64,000 bases of DNA from an uncultured Spirochaetota bacterium (GCA_963745235.1 CAVUXE010000073.1:32001-96000), one strand, 5' to 3'; positions 36,561 through 47,519 are shown, counted from the stretch's first letter. Translations and numbers: made by a program. The notes: generated by a model not told the origin, from the sequence alone.

Positions 36561-37153
36561 CCCGCCTGTCTGCGCTCCGCCGCCCTTGCGCTCACCACGT
36601 TCGCGCCCGCAAGGACGCCGAGAGAGGCCGCGACCTTCAGCGCGTCCCCCACCAGGAAGGGAAGGAATCCGAGTGCAAGGGCGCGGGAAAGACCAAACGA
36701 GACTCCGAGCCAGGCAACGCCGGTGACGTAGGAAGCGAGGTGGCCCAGGATCAGGACGATCAGCGCGCCGAGGAAGGTGACGGCAAGCCTGCGCTCGACC
36801 AGAAAGCCGGTGAGCCATGCCGCAGCCACGAACCCCACGAGGTAGCCTCCGGTCGGGCCAAGGAGGTGCGCAAGCCCCGCTCTGCCGAGGGAGAAGACTG
36901 GAAGCCCCGCAAGGCCTTCCGCAAGGTAAAGAAGGATCGCCACAGCTCCGCGGCGGCTTCCCAGGAGGGCGCCCGTGAGGACAACCATGAAGGTCTGGAG
37001 GGTGACAGGCACGGGCGTGAAGGGCAGAGGGATGGACACCTGGGCCGCAAGCGCGATGAGAAGCGAAAACCCCGCAACGAGACAGACGTCGTAGACGCGG
37101 GCGGGGACCCTGGTGGACGGCCGCAAGGCCTCAGCAAGAACGGGGGACGACAT
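36557..37153 (-). CDS. bioY: Biotin transporter BioY
   Basis: PFTPVPVTLQT, LYLAEGLAGLPVF, GPTGGYLVGF and LPFLVGDALK motifs. Confidence 0.93.
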   Translation of the reverse strand: MSSPVLAEALRPSTRVPARVYDVCLVAGFSLLIALAAQVSIPLPFTPVPVTLQTFMVVLTGALLGSRRGAVAILLYLAEGLAGLPVFSLGRAGLAHLLGPTGGYLVGFVAAAWLTGFLVERRLAVTFLGALIVLILGHLASYVTGVAWLGVSFGLSRALALGFLPFLVGDALKVAASLGVLAGANVVSARAAERRQAG

Positions 37154-37208
37154 GTCCGACCTCCTTCACGAAGTCTCGCGAGGATATGAAAAAAGGGCCA
37201 GCTGATCA

Positions 37209-37297
37209 AGCGGCAGCGCCTCCGACAGCGGCAGCGCCTCCGACAGCGGCAGCGCCTCCGACAGCGGCAGCGCCTCCGACAGCGGCAGCGCCTCCGA
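37209..37297. repeat. Tandem repeat, 5 x 18 bp (AGCGGCAGCGCCTCCGAC)
   Basis: Four perfect copies and a 17-nt fifth copy in the divergent bioY / homocysteine methyltransferase gap, upstream of TTGACA at 37325. Confidence 0.95.
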
Positions 37298-37369
37298 ACC
37301 AGGGGCCGATGCCCGACCACACCGTTGACAGTCGCCCGGAAACCGGGAAACCTCAAGCGAGGGGGACAC

Positions 37370-38251
37370 GTGATGATCCTTGAGGAGCTGCTCCGATCCG
37401 AAGGCGTAGTGCTGCTCGACGGTGCCATGGGGACCGAGCTGGACAAGCGCGGAAAGCAGGGACGTGCGGAGTGCAATCTGAGCGCTCCTGACGCTGTGAT
37501 CCAGGTCCACAGGGACTACATACGAGCGGGAAGCGACGCCGTGATCACGAATACCCTCACGATGAACCGCGTATTCATGGAGTCGCACAGGCTTTCCATT
37601 GACGTCGGAAAGGTAAACCTTGCGGGAGCGCGGCTGGCACGCGAGGCTTTTGAGGGGAAGGGATTCGTGCTGGGGAACCTCAGCTCCACCGGCCAGATCC
37701 TGGAGCCGTACGGGAGCTTCTCAGAACGGACCGTGACCGAGTCCTTCGAGGAACAGGCCGGGTTCCTCCAGGAGGGCGGGGTGGACGGTTATATCATCGA
37801 GACGATGTTCGACCTTCGGGAAGCAGTCTGCGCCCTGAAGGCCTGCAAGGCGGTTTCCCGTCTGCCTGTGATCGTGTGCATCTCCTACGAGACGGAGAAA
37901 AACGGTGGCCGGACCGTCATGGGCAACTCCGCGGTCGAGTGCGCCCGGGTCCTGGCAGCGGAGGGAGCTGACGCAATGGGGGCCAACTGCGGAAACGTGG
38001 ACCCCGACCAGATGGCGGAGATCATCGCCACTCTTTCACGGTCCACGGGGCTGCCCATCGCTGCCGAACCGAACGCAGGCAAGCCGAGGCTTTCGAATGG
38101 CGCCACCGTGTTCGACATGGATGCCCGCACGTTTTCCTCCGGCGTGGCAAAATGCCGGAAGGCCGGGGCAACGATCCTGGGCGGCTGCTGCGGCACTTCG
38201 CCGGAGCATATCGCCGCGCTGGGTGAAGAGGTCGGGCATGCCGCGCGCTGA
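37370..38251 (+). CDS. Homocysteine S-methyltransferase family protein (stand-alone MetH N-terminal domain)
   Basis: LLDGAMGTEL, HRDYIRAGSD, IETMFD, GANCG, PNAG and Zn ligands GGCCGTSPEHI. Confidence 0.88.
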   Translation: MMILEELLRSEGVVLLDGAMGTELDKRGKQGRAECNLSAPDAVIQVHRDYIRAGSDAVITNTLTMNRVFMESHRLSIDVGKVNLAGARLAREAFEGKGFVLGNLSSTGQILEPYGSFSERTVTESFEEQAGFLQEGGVDGYIIETMFDLREAVCALKACKAVSRLPVIVCISYETEKNGGRTVMGNSAVECARVLAAEGADAMGANCGNVDPDQMAEIIATLSRSTGLPIAAEPNAGKPRLSNGATVFDMDARTFSSGVAKCRKAGATILGGCCGTSPEHIAALGEEVGHAAR

Positions 38252-38897
38252 AAGCTTTCCAGACGCGGAGGGCCAGGGGGTGATTCTCCGCCTCGTTTCG
38301 GCAATCCAGGACAATGCGAAGATCTTGAGTGAGATTGATGGCGCCATTGGTGACGGTGACCACGGGATCAACATGAGCAAGGGGTTCTCTCTCTGCCGGG
38401 AGCGGCTGGAGAAGAGCCCGGGGGGTTTTGCCGCGGGATTGAGGACACTCGGAGACGTGCTCATGTCCGAAATCGGCGGAGCAATGGGACCGCTGTACGG
38501 CACGTTGTTCACCGAGATGGCGCGGGGGGCGCACGGGGAAGCCAGGATCGATTCGGCGCTGTTCCTCGGGATGCTCGAGGGGGCAACCGCCGCGGTCAAG
38601 GACCTGGGCGGCGCAAAGGTCGGAGACAAGACGATGGTCGATGTCCTTGACCCCGCGCTGGAAGAGCTGCGGCGGGCTGTCCGGTCCGGCAGCGGGTTCT
38701 CTGCGTGCCTCGCGGCCATGGCGGACGCGGGGAATCGGGGGAAGGAGTCCACCCGGGACATGGTGGCCAGGCTTGGCCGCTCCAGTCGGCTGGGAGAGCG
38801 CTCTCGCGGCACCCTTGACGCGGGGGCGGCGTCATGCGCGCTGCTGCTGGAAACCATGGCGACGTCAATCATCGATCTCCTGGGAGAAGAACAATGA
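38238..38897 (+). CDS. dhaL: Dihydroxyacetone kinase subunit L (DAK2 domain)
   Basis: IDGAIGDGDHGINM, IGGAMGPLYG, GDKTMVD, GRSSRLGERS and DAGAAS motifs. Confidence 0.88.
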   Translation: MPRAESFPDAEGQGVILRLVSAIQDNAKILSEIDGAIGDGDHGINMSKGFSLCRERLEKSPGGFAAGLRTLGDVLMSEIGGAMGPLYGTLFTEMARGAHGEARIDSALFLGMLEGATAAVKDLGGAKVGDKTMVDVLDPALEELRRAVRSGSGFSACLAAMADAGNRGKESTRDMVARLGRSSRLGERSRGTLDAGAASCALLLETMATSIIDLLGEEQ

Positions 38898-39319
38898 CGT
38901 GGGTCACAAGATCTCACATCCATGTCGACCGCGTGGCATGCCCGTGGCTCATCACGCGCTTCGTCGACAGTGAAGCCGAGTTCGTTTTTGTTCCGAAGGG
39001 CGAAGTGGAGAGGGTGGCCCGGGAGACGGGGGCTGTTCCATTTGACGTCCCCGGGGCGGAGCTCGGTCACAAAGAGGGAAGATGCTCGTTCGAGTCCATC
39101 ATGGCAAAGTACGGTCTGAACGACGCCGGCCTGGTTCGCCTGGCGAGAATCGTCCACGCGGCAGACGTGGCGCAGGACATCGATTCAGACCCGATTGCGC
39201 GCGGCCTTGAAGCGATTGCGAGCGGTTACAGCCTGCGCTTCCCCGACGACCACGAGAACCTGGCGCGGCAGTTCGAGGTCTGCGACGCGCTGTACGCGTG
39301 GTGTCGGCTGGGGGCCTAG
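38894..39319 (+). CDS. Chromate-resistance ChrB C-terminal domain protein
   Basis: MTWVTR..HVDRVACPWLITRFVD, PFDVPGAELGH...CSFE, IVHAAD and DALYAWC motifs. Confidence 0.85.
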   Translation: MTWVTRSHIHVDRVACPWLITRFVDSEAEFVFVPKGEVERVARETGAVPFDVPGAELGHKEGRCSFESIMAKYGLNDAGLVRLARIVHAADVAQDIDSDPIARGLEAIASGYSLRFPDDHENLARQFEVCDALYAWCRLGA

Positions 39320-40191
39320 TCCTCTCCTTTTTCGTAGTTCCTGCCGTCCCAGGCGGGCGCCCGCGACTTGCCGACAATCCCCGCCAGCACCACCACGGCA
39401 AGGATGTAGGGGAACATCTGGATGAACTGGTCGGGGATCGGGATCTTCGACGCAAATACGATCCGCACCGTGTCCGCATACCCGAACAGGAGCGACGCCA
39501 GCACCGCGCCAATGGGATCCCACCGGCCGAAGATCACTGCCGCAAGCGCAATGAATCCGCGCCCGGCGACCATCCCCGTGATCCACTTGTCCGCGAACAG
39601 AGTGGCCGATGCGACCCCGCACAACACCCCGCTGATGAGCACTCCGGCGTAGCGCATGAGCGTGACGTTGACCCCGAGAGTGTCAGCGGCCTCAGGGTTC
39701 TCACCGACGCTGCGCAGCCTGAGGCCGAACACCGTGCGGTACAGGACGAACCAGGCCAGGAGCATCACGGGTATCAGCACAAAAGCGAGGGAGTTGATTC
39801 CCAGGAGCTTCGGGAAGAGGTACGGGTTGATTTTCGACTGGGTTTCCGCGCCGAAAAAGCTCTGGCAGAGAAACCGCGACAACCCGACGGCGAACACATT
39901 GATCGCAACGCCCGAGACGACGTGGTCCACCTTGAATGTCACGGTGACCACCGCGTGGATCAGCCCCATCAGAATCCCCGTGACCACGGCGACGAACAGC
40001 CCGATCCATATGCTCTGGAAGGTGATGGCGCCCCACACGAGGGTGAGCGCGGTCACCGTCATGATCCCTTCCAGCGCGATGTTGACCACTCCGCCGCGCT
40101 CGGAGAAGACGCCGCCCATGGCGGAAAACGCTATTGGTGAGGAGATCTCCAGACCTTTGACAAGGAAGAAGCCGATGAAAGAGAAGTCCAT
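39316..40191 (-). CDS. Nucleoside/simple-sugar ABC permease (NupC-like)
   Basis: FSERGGVVNIALEG, GLRLRSVGENPEAADTLG and GRGFIALAAVIFGRW motifs. Confidence 0.9.
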   Translation of the reverse strand: MDFSFIGFFLVKGLEISSPIAFSAMGGVFSERGGVVNIALEGIMTVTALTLVWGAITFQSIWIGLFVAVVTGILMGLIHAVVTVTFKVDHVVSGVAINVFAVGLSRFLCQSFFGAETQSKINPYLFPKLLGINSLAFVLIPVMLLAWFVLYRTVFGLRLRSVGENPEAADTLGVNVTLMRYAGVLISGVLCGVASATLFADKWITGMVAGRGFIALAAVIFGRWDPIGAVLASLLFGYADTVRIVFASKIPIPDQFIQMFPYILAVVVLAGIVGKSRAPAWDGRNYEKGED

Positions 40192-41294
40192 CAGGCCACC
40201 TCCCTCTTTCGCAGGCCGCGGGCAGCCCTGACGAGGATCTCGTTGATCGCGACGATGAAGAGGATCATGATTCCCTGGATCGCGTAGGTCACGGAATTGG
40301 GGACCTTGCTGAAAAGCTGGAGGCCGTAGCCGGCCTGCTTGAGAAACGCGAAGAGCACCGAAGAGAAGATGATCCCCACGGGTGAGTTTTTCGCGATGAG
40401 CGAGATTGCGATCCCGTCGAACCCCAATCCGGACGCGAGGTTGTACGTGTAGAACCCGCGGATCGCGAAGATCTCCTGCAGGCCGATCAGCCCGGCGATG
40501 GCGCCGGAAAGCATGAACGCGCCGATCTGCACCCTGCTCACCTGGATGCCGGCGTAGCGGGACACGTCGATGGAAGTCCCCACCGCCCTGATCTCGAAGC
40601 CCTGCCGGGTGCGAAAGAGGAGAAACCACACCGCCAGGCCCATCACGATGGCGACGATGAGGCTGTAGTCGAGGTAGACGTAGTTCGGCACGTTCCACCC
40701 GATGGAACGGAAGAGGCCGTTCAGCTTGCCGAAAAGCGCCGACGGCAGGAGCTTCCTCATCTGGGGCTCGAGGCTCGTCCCTTTCTGCAGCCCGGACAGG
40801 GGGCCGTTGACGAGGAAGTTCACGAGGGCCAGCGCGATGTTGTTGAACATGATTGTCGTGATGACCTCGTGGATTCCCCGCACCGCCTTGAGTGCCGCCG
40901 GGACCAGTGCCCACAGGGCGCCCCCGATCATGGAGAAGATAACGACCACCGGGATGTGAATGACGGGAGGAAGATGGAAGTATGTCCCCGCTATGGCACC
41001 GACCATTCCGCCGATGAAGTACTGGCCCTCGTTGCCGATATTGAACACCCCGGCGCGAAAAGCGACGACGATCGAAAGCCCGGAAAGGTAGTAGGGAATG
41101 GAGATGGAGAGGACCGCGGCGAGCTTCGCGGCGTCGCTGACGCTGAACTTGTAGATGCCCTGGAACGCCTTGCCGGGGTTCTCTCCGAGCGCCATGATGA
41201 TGAAGGTGAGGACCACTCCGGAGGCGATGAAGCCGATGAACGGCGCGCTCTGCTCGAGGGCGTAAATGCCGAATCGTGTTCTATGCCGCGCCAT
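40191..41294 (-). CDS. Nucleoside/simple-sugar ABC permease (NupB-like)
   Basis: [30 protein letters not shown] and GFDGIAISL motifs. Confidence 0.9.
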   Translation of the reverse strand: MARHRTRFGIYALEQSAPFIGFIASGVVLTFIIMALGENPGKAFQGIYKFSVSDAAKLAAVLSISIPYYLSGLSIVVAFRAGVFNIGNEGQYFIGGMVGAIAGTYFHLPPVIHIPVVVIFSMIGGALWALVPAALKAVRGIHEVITTIMFNNIALALVNFLVNGPLSGLQKGTSLEPQMRKLLPSALFGKLNGLFRSIGWNVPNYVYLDYSLIVAIVMGLAVWFLLFRTRQGFEIRAVGTSIDVSRYAGIQVSRVQIGAFMLSGAIAGLIGLQEIFAIRGFYTYNLASGLGFDGIAISLIAKNSPVGIIFSSVLFAFLKQAGYGLQLFSKVPNSVTYAIQGIMILFIVAINEILVRAARGLRKREVA

Positions 41295-42807
41295 TGGCTT
41301 TCTCCCCCGTCATATACAGTCCCACCTCTTCCTTGACGGCATCCTCGTGGGCAATTTCCTTGATGATCTTCCCCTTGAAGATGATCCCGATGCGGTCGGA
41401 GAGGGCCAGCAGCTCGTCGAGGTCCGCGGAGACAAGGAGCACCGCCTTCCCGTCGGAGCGCGCTTTCACGAGCTGGCGATGTATGAACTCCGTGGCGCCG
41501 ATGTCCACTCCGCGCGTCGGTTGTGAGGCCACCAGGAGCTTCGGGTTGGCGCTCATTTCCCGGGCGACGACCGTCTTCTGCTGGTTGCCGCCGGACAGCG
41601 CGTTGGCCGGCGTGTCCTCCGAGGGAGTCCGGATGTCGAACGTCCTGATGATGTTCTCCGCAGACTTTCGGATTGCGCGCGAGTTGATGGTGGAAAACCG
41701 GGTGGCAAAGGGCGGCTTGTGATGCATGCCGAGGGTGAGGTTCTGCGCGATGGAGAAGGGGAGGAGAAGGCCGTACTTCTGCCTGTCTTCCGGAATGTGG
41801 GCAATCCCTCCTTCGCGCCTCTGGCGCACGTTCCAGGAGCGGATGCTTCGGCCTTCCAGGAGGATGTCCCCCCTGGTCACCTCGGCGCTTTCCGCTATTG
41901 CCCGAACCAGCTCCGACTGCCCGTTTCCTTCCACTCCGGCGATTCCGTAGATCTCACCCGCGCGCACGGTGAGTGAAAGGCCGTCCACGGCGTCGAAGCC
42001 GCGAGGGCTTCGAACCACAAGATCTTTTACCTCCAGGACATTCCTGCCGAAGGTGGCGGGCGGTCGCTCCACTTCCAGGAGGACGGGCTTTCCCACCATG
42101 AGCCCGGCGATCCGCGGCTTCGTGGCTCCCGCCCTGTCCATGGTTTCCACGACTTTTCCCTGGCGGATCACGGTGATGCGGTCCGCGACCTCCAGGACCT
42201 CGTCCAGCTTGTGCGTAATGAAGATGATCCCCCGACCCTGCGCGGTCATTGCGCGGAACGTCCGGAAGAGCTCCATGACCTCCTGGGGCGTGAGAACGGC
42301 GGTCGGCTCATCGAAAACGAGGATGGTGGCGCCGCGGAAGAGGATCTTGAGGATCTCCACCCTCTGCTGAATGCCCACCGAGAGGTCCTCCACGCGCGCG
42401 GTCAGATCAACGACGAGCTTGTTTTCTTCCATCAGCGCGGAGATCTCCCGGCTCTGGCGCGCGGTTGCAAGCACGCCGGCCGTCCGGGATTCTTCGCCCA
42501 GGATGATGTTTTCCAGGACGGTGAACGGCGGGAAAAGCATGAAGTGCTGGTGCACCATCCCGATGCCGCGGTGGATGGCGTCCCGCGGCCCGCGGATGTT
42601 CACCCGCGAGCCCCGGACCGCGATCCAACCGGAATCCGGCCTGTGCAGGCCGTACAGGATCTTCATCAGGGTGGTCTTGCCCGCGCCGTTTTCGCCCACC
42701 AGGGCGAGGATCTCTCCGGCGCGAAGGTCCAGGGAGACGTGATCGTTCGCGGTGACTCCCGGGAAGCTCTTGGTAATCTCCCGCATTTCCAGCAGGGCGT
42801 CTGACAT
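41281..42807 (-). CDS. Nucleoside ABC transporter ATP-binding protein (NupA-like)
   Basis: [37 protein letters not shown] and LSGGNQQK motifs. Confidence 0.92.
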   Translation of the reverse strand: MSDALLEMREITKSFPGVTANDHVSLDLRAGEILALVGENGAGKTTLMKILYGLHRPDSGWIAVRGSRVNIRGPRDAIHRGIGMVHQHFMLFPPFTVLENIILGEESRTAGVLATARQSREISALMEENKLVVDLTARVEDLSVGIQQRVEILKILFRGATILVFDEPTAVLTPQEVMELFRTFRAMTAQGRGIIFITHKLDEVLEVADRITVIRQGKVVETMDRAGATKPRIAGLMVGKPVLLEVERPPATFGRNVLEVKDLVVRSPRGFDAVDGLSLTVRAGEIYGIAGVEGNGQSELVRAIAESAEVTRGDILLEGRSIRSWNVRQRREGGIAHIPEDRQKYGLLLPFSIAQNLTLGMHHKPPFATRFSTINSRAIRKSAENIIRTFDIRTPSEDTPANALSGGNQQKTVVAREMSANPKLLVASQPTRGVDIGATEFIHRQLVKARSDGKAVLLVSADLDELLALSDRIGIIFKGKIIKEIAHEDAVKEEVGLYMTGEKANGAA

Positions 42808-42827
42808 TCAACCTCCTCGGGGGGAGC

Positions 42828-42861
42828 CAAAAAAAAGCGGGAGCAGACGCGTGCTCCCGCT
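42828..42861 (-). terminator. Rho-independent terminator/attenuator between the BMP gene and the ABC ATPase
   Basis: Minus strand AGCGGGAGCA cgcgtc TGCTCCCGCT followed by a T-tract. Confidence 0.8.
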
Positions 42862-42877
42862 CACCAAAGGCCGATCC

Positions 42878-43993
42878 TTACATCAGGCTTGACTTCCAGG
42901 TGTTGAAAGCGTCATCTGAGTCGGGCACCTGGATTTTTCCATCTATGATGTCCTGCCTCAGCTGATTGACCTTCTTCTCAACCGGGGCGAGAAGCGACTT
43001 GTTGAACTTGTCCACCGCGTACCCGACGCCGTCTTCCTTCAGGCCGAAGGAGCGATAGCCGCCGTCCAACTTTCCGCCGTTGTTGATGAAGTCCTGCGCG
43101 CTGAGAAGCACCGCGTTGTCCACTCTCTTTACCATGGACGTGAGGATCCACTTGCCGCGGGCCCGTGCCGCCGCCTCTTTGATTGATTCATAGACCAGTC
43201 CCTGGTCAGAGTCAACTCCGATGGCCCACTTCTTGTTCTCCTGCGCCGCCTTGAACAGTCCGTCTCCCGATCCACCCGCCGCGTGGTAGACGATTGAAGC
43301 GCCCTGCTTGTAGAAGCTGGAGGCGATGTTGTACCCCCCGGTGGGGTCGTTGAACGCCGTGGGGTCCTTGCCGATGTACTGGGACAGGATCATGCCGTCC
43401 GCGCGAAGCTTGGGATTGACGTACATGGCTCCCGCTTTGAAGCCCGCCTCGAACTTGTGAATGAGCGGGATGTCCATGCCTCCGATGAATCCGACCGGCT
43501 TGCCCTTGTTCATCATGGCCGCGATGGCGCCGACGAGGAACGAGCCCTCCTGCTCCTTGAAGGTGAGACAGGTGATATTGCTGGATGCGGTCAGGTCCGG
43601 CACGAATCCGTCGATGAGGCCGAAGTGCAGGTCCGGAAAGTCCGCGGCCACTTTCGTGATGGCGTCCGTAAAGAGGAACCCGACACCGATGATGTACTGG
43701 TAGCCGTCCTGCGCCAGTGCCCTCATCAGGATCTCGCGGTCCTGGCCTCCTGCCTTGGGTTCGATGTACTTGATCTGGATCTGGTCGCCATAATTGATGT
43801 TTGCCGGGTCTCCGTCGATGTATCCCTGCTCCGCCTTGGCAAGGGCCACCAACCCCCGATAGGCCGAATCATTGAACGAGTTGTCTCCGCGGCCGGCGAG
43901 GTCGAACACGAGGCCGATCTTGAACTTCGGCTGCGCGCTTACCGCCATCACCGCAATGAGCAGCAAGGCGACAAGAACTATGAAACGCTTCAT
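42878..43993 (-). CDS. BMP-family ABC substrate-binding protein (purine nucleoside type)
   Basis: GRGDNSFNDSA, IIGVGF, FKEQEGSFLVG, FIGGMDIPLI, YHAAGGSG, IGVDSDQ and TSMVKRVD motifs. Confidence 0.92.
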   Translation of the reverse strand: MKRFIVLVALLLIAVMAVSAQPKFKIGLVFDLAGRGDNSFNDSAYRGLVALAKAEQGYIDGDPANINYGDQIQIKYIEPKAGGQDREILMRALAQDGYQYIIGVGFLFTDAITKVAADFPDLHFGLIDGFVPDLTASSNITCLTFKEQEGSFLVGAIAAMMNKGKPVGFIGGMDIPLIHKFEAGFKAGAMYVNPKLRADGMILSQYIGKDPTAFNDPTGGYNIASSFYKQGASIVYHAAGGSGDGLFKAAQENKKWAIGVDSDQGLVYESIKEAAARARGKWILTSMVKRVDNAVLLSAQDFINNGGKLDGGYRSFGLKEDGVGYAVDKFNKSLLAPVEKKVNQLRQDIIDGKIQVPDSDDAFNTWKSSLM

Positions 43994-44048
43994 GAGTACC
44001 TCCTTGGCTCGAACTTCCTGAATACACTATGTCTGGCGAAGAAGGAAG

Positions 44049-46097
44049 TCAAGACTTTCTGAGAAGGCGAACGAACTCATCCTCCGATACGATGGTGATA
44101 CCCAGCTTGCGCGCCTTCTCCAGCTTGCTCCCTGAGCCTTCGCCGGCCAGCAGGTGAGTGGTCTTCGACGTGACGCTGTCTGTGACCCGTCCGCCGCGAC
44201 TCCTGACCTCTTCCATGGCCGTCTCGCGCGGCTTGAAACGCTGGAAGGTCCCCGTGACGCACCATGTCTGGCCGGCGAAGCTCTGCGGGACGTTCGACGG
44301 GGCCGTCGCCTTTGTCTCAGAGAAGCTCAGCCCGGCAGCACGGAGGCGCTCGATCCGTCTGCGCACCTCGGGACGCCGGAGCTCCGAGAGGAGCACCTGG
44401 GCGGTGCGCTCGCCAATGCCGTGGATGGCGAGCAGCGGAGCCGGATCTCCCGCGTCGGAAAGTTTCAGCAGTGAATCGATGTCCGCGAATCCCGCATCGA
44501 TCAGGAGCTCGGTGACTTTCTGCCCGATCTCCGGGATCCCCAGGGCAGGGAAGACGACGTGGAAGGGAAGAGCCTTGCTCTTCTGGATGCCCTCGCGGAT
44601 CGCGCTCACCTTCTTTTCCCCGAATCCCGCCAGGGGGAGGAGCGCCGCCGGGTCGAAAGAATAGATGTCGTCGATGTCGCGGACAATGTCGTTGTTCCGG
44701 AGGACTTCGATGGTCTCCGGGCCGAGACCTTCGATATCCATCTGGCCCCGTCCCACGAAGAAGTTGAGCCTGCCCCTGACCTGGTCCGGACACGAGGGGT
44801 TCACGCAGAAATGGTGAGCGCCCTGCTTCACCAACCGGGACTGACACGACGGGCAGGAGGGGGGGAGCTTCCAGGTGGTCGCGCCGTGCTCGTTCTTCTC
44901 CAGCACCCGCTCCACGGCGGGGATCACATCCCCGCGCCGCGAGACGGCCACCTTGTCTCCGACAGCCAGCTCCAGCATGTCGATATACTCCTGGTTGTGC
45001 AGCGTGACGTTGGAGATGGTGGCACCGCCGATGCGCACCGGCTCCACTCGCGCCACGGGGGTGACCCGCCCGGTCCTCCCTACCTGGACCTCGATCGCCT
45101 TTACCGTTGTGGCGCCTTCCGGGGACTCGAACTTGAAGGCGATTGCCCATCGCGGGTGGTGGCCGGTGTAGCCGAGGGTTTCGCGCGCCGGGATCTCGTT
45201 GACCTTGGCCACCACCCCGTCAATCTCGTAGTCCAGCGAGCCACGCGAGCGCCGCTCCTCCTCGAGGAACTCCGCGATACGGTCGGTCCCGCCAACGCGC
45301 CACTGCGGATGCCTGCGCCGGGCCTCCTCCACATCCGGTCCATTCGAGAAGTACCCGATCCGCTGGTTGAGCCGGAAGCCGAGCTCCTCCAGCAGCTCCA
45401 GCGTTTCCCTGTGCGTCGGGAGGGGGGGGGCGAAGAAGCCCTCGTAGACGAAGATCGAAAGAGGCACCTCGGCCACTTCGCGGCTTTTCACCCTGCGAAG
45501 CGTACCGGAGGCAAGGTTGCGCGGGTTCGCATAGGGCTCTTCCATTTTTGCGTTGATGGTGGAGAACAGGCTCCGCGGGAGGAATATCTCCCCGCGCGCC
45601 GCAATGGTGAGCGGCTTCGAGAGGCGCAGGGGCACGGAACGAATGGTCATCACGTTCGCGGTGACGTCGTTGCCTACCAGCCCGTTGCCGCGGGTCACCG
45701 CCCTGGCCAGGATCCCTTTCTCGTAGTAGAGCACGATGGAAGCTCCGTCGATTTTCTCCTCGCAGATGCAGGAGAGGCTCTGATCGGCGTTTCGCGCCGA
45801 TTTCTCCATCCACTCGGTCAATTCGGCCGCGGTGTATGCCTTGTCCAGGCTGAGGACGGGAATCGTGTGGGCCACCTCGGGGAGATCCTGGCTGAGATCG
45901 GAACCGACGCGCCGCGTGGGAGAGTCCGGCAGCGCGAGCTGCGGGAACTCCTTTTCGATGGCGACAAGCTCGTCGAACAGGCCATCGTACTCCCGGTCAG
46001 ACACGAGGGGTCGGGAGTCCACGTGATACGCGCGCTGGTACTTCTGCAGGAGGGGGACAAGCTCGCGGGCCCGCTTCTCCGCGTCCCTTCGGGTCAT
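44049..46097 (-). CDS. ligA: NAD-dependent DNA ligase
   Basis: Adenylation motif EKIDG, TRGNG, ARGE, DGVVAK, QVGRTG, TLHN, Zn finger and C-terminal BRCT domain. Confidence 0.96.
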   Translation of the reverse strand: MTRRDAEKRARELVPLLQKYQRAYHVDSRPLVSDREYDGLFDELVAIEKEFPQLALPDSPTRRVGSDLSQDLPEVAHTIPVLSLDKAYTAAELTEWMEKSARNADQSLSCICEEKIDGASIVLYYEKGILARAVTRGNGLVGNDVTANVMTIRSVPLRLSKPLTIAARGEIFLPRSLFSTINAKMEEPYANPRNLASGTLRRVKSREVAEVPLSIFVYEGFFAPPLPTHRETLELLEELGFRLNQRIGYFSNGPDVEEARRRHPQWRVGGTDRIAEFLEEERRSRGSLDYEIDGVVAKVNEIPARETLGYTGHHPRWAIAFKFESPEGATTVKAIEVQVGRTGRVTPVARVEPVRIGGATISNVTLHNQEYIDMLELAVGDKVAVSRRGDVIPAVERVLEKNEHGATTWKLPPSCPSCQSRLVKQGAHHFCVNPSCPDQVRGRLNFFVGRGQMDIEGLGPETIEVLRNNDIVRDIDDIYSFDPAALLPLAGFGEKKVSAIREGIQKSKALPFHVVFPALGIPEIGQKVTELLIDAGFADIDSLLKLSDAGDPAPLLAIHGIGERTAQVLLSELRRPEVRRRIERLRAAGLSFSETKATAPSNVPQSFAGQTWCVTGTFQRFKPRETAMEEVRSRGGRVTDSVTSKTTHLLAGEGSGSKLEKARKLGITIVSEDEFVRLLRKS

Positions 46098-46106
46098 GGA
46101 CCGGCG

Positions 46107-47367
46107 CTATTCCCGCCGGACGAACGCGTCGCGGAAGCCGCGGAACCTGAACAGGGGCAGGAGCGTGCCGCTCTCAGCCTTGTTCAGCGGGCCGACAAGC
46201 ACCTTGAACATCGGCTTGTCCCCTGAAGCGGGGGCGAGCACCACGACCGGGTAGGTCTGTATCAGTGTCCCTGCGAGCCCCTGCGCAACCTCCTGGGTCG
46301 CGTAGGCGCCGAGCTGGACATAGAAGGTGGCTGCGTTCTTTTTGCCTGTCAGCTTTGGAAGGGAGGCAACCACCTGCGCCTGGCCGGGCTGCGTTTCCGT
46401 CGGTGTCTTCACCGCGGGCGCCGCTGTGGTCTGTCCCGGGGCCGCTTGCTCCGGCGGCGTCTCGGGAGGCTGAAGGGCAATCTTTTCACCACCGGAGGAA
46501 GCGGGCGGAGTGCCGTTTGCCTCCGCGGCCTGCCCGCCGGCTTCCGGAAGCGCAAGCTGCGAGCTTGCCTCCGCCTGGCCTGGTTGCGGCGTGGTCGAGC
46601 CCGCCTCCTGCGGAGTGGCCGGCTGGGCTTCCGCCAACGGGGTTTCGGACTGTTGCTGAGACGGAGCGGCGGTTTCCCCGGTCACCGTCGGACCTTCCGC
46701 CGGGGTCTCTGCCGGCGGCTTGTATGCGAACTTCTGATCCTCCCGCGGCGGAAGGAAGAGCTGCTTCTGGGGGTTTCTGGAAGCGGCGTCCGCGAGGATC
46801 TGGGCGTCCTCCGCGGCTGCCTGGGATTCACCGCTCGCCCCGGTCTGCCGGGCCCGGCTGGGCTGCTTGTCCCTGCGCTGCCGTTTGCTCCTGCTGGGCG
46901 GCTGCCGGCGTCTGATCCGGCTGCGAAGCCGCCGCGGCAGGCGCCTGTGAGCCGGCCGCCGCCTCATCCGCGTAGGCGGCCCCGGGATTCACATCTGAAT
47001 CAGGGTTGAACGATTTTTCCGGTGCAGCGGGCGTGCCCGTGGAAGCCGCTTTCTGTCCCTCGGTGACACGCACCCGGGCAATGCTGCCCGCCGCTATTCC
47101 AAGCGCATCAGCGGCGCGAGGGGAAAGGAGGATCAGGATGTTCGACTGGCTGTCCGCCCGCTGACTCACCGTCACGACGGTGCTCTTTCCGTTGTCGAGG
47201 TTCTGGACCATGAGCTGCGTGTCCGGCGCGAAGGAGTCGGACTCCGCGTAGAGGCCGCTCTCGAAGGCGGCGTCTCCCCTTTGCAGGGCGGCGTTTCCTT
47301 CCCAGTAGCTGTCGGCCCACGCGAGAAGGGGGATCATCAGCAGGCCAAGAACGACCCATCTCTTCAT
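46107..47367 (-). CDS. Secreted SPOR-domain protein with RlpA-like N-terminus and low-complexity linker; +1 indel near 46850
   Basis: Signal MKRWVVLGLL, NLDNGKSTVVTV...ILLSPRAADALG, A/P/Q/E-rich linker and C-terminal FYVQLGAY...KVLVGPL..DAFVR. Confidence 0.8.
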
Positions 47368-47519
47368 GGCGATCATGCTCCATTGCCGCGTCGGTGAAGG
47401 CTCACCGCGCATATCTTTCCATTATCATCGGAACATCAGGCGGAGTTGTGAGGCCAGATTTTCTTTCTCCACCTCCTCCTGTCTTCCATAGTAGCAAACT
47501 TTTTCAGGGACGGCGACGG

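Noticed and set aside
37209-37297. CRISPR array
   Set aside because: Repeats are head-to-tail with no unique spacers, and there are no cas genes; the same holds for the 15- and 19-bp arrays.
37166-37588. ORFs encoding repeat peptides (SEALPL)n, (AAAPPT)n or (RRRCRC)n
   Set aside because: Translations of the 18-bp VNTR (a multiple of 3) that overlap real genes and lack credible starts.
46400-47000. Low-complexity A/P/Q/E-rich stretch as a repeat element
   Set aside because: An ordinary disordered linker of a SPOR-domain protein with no nucleotide-level periodicity.
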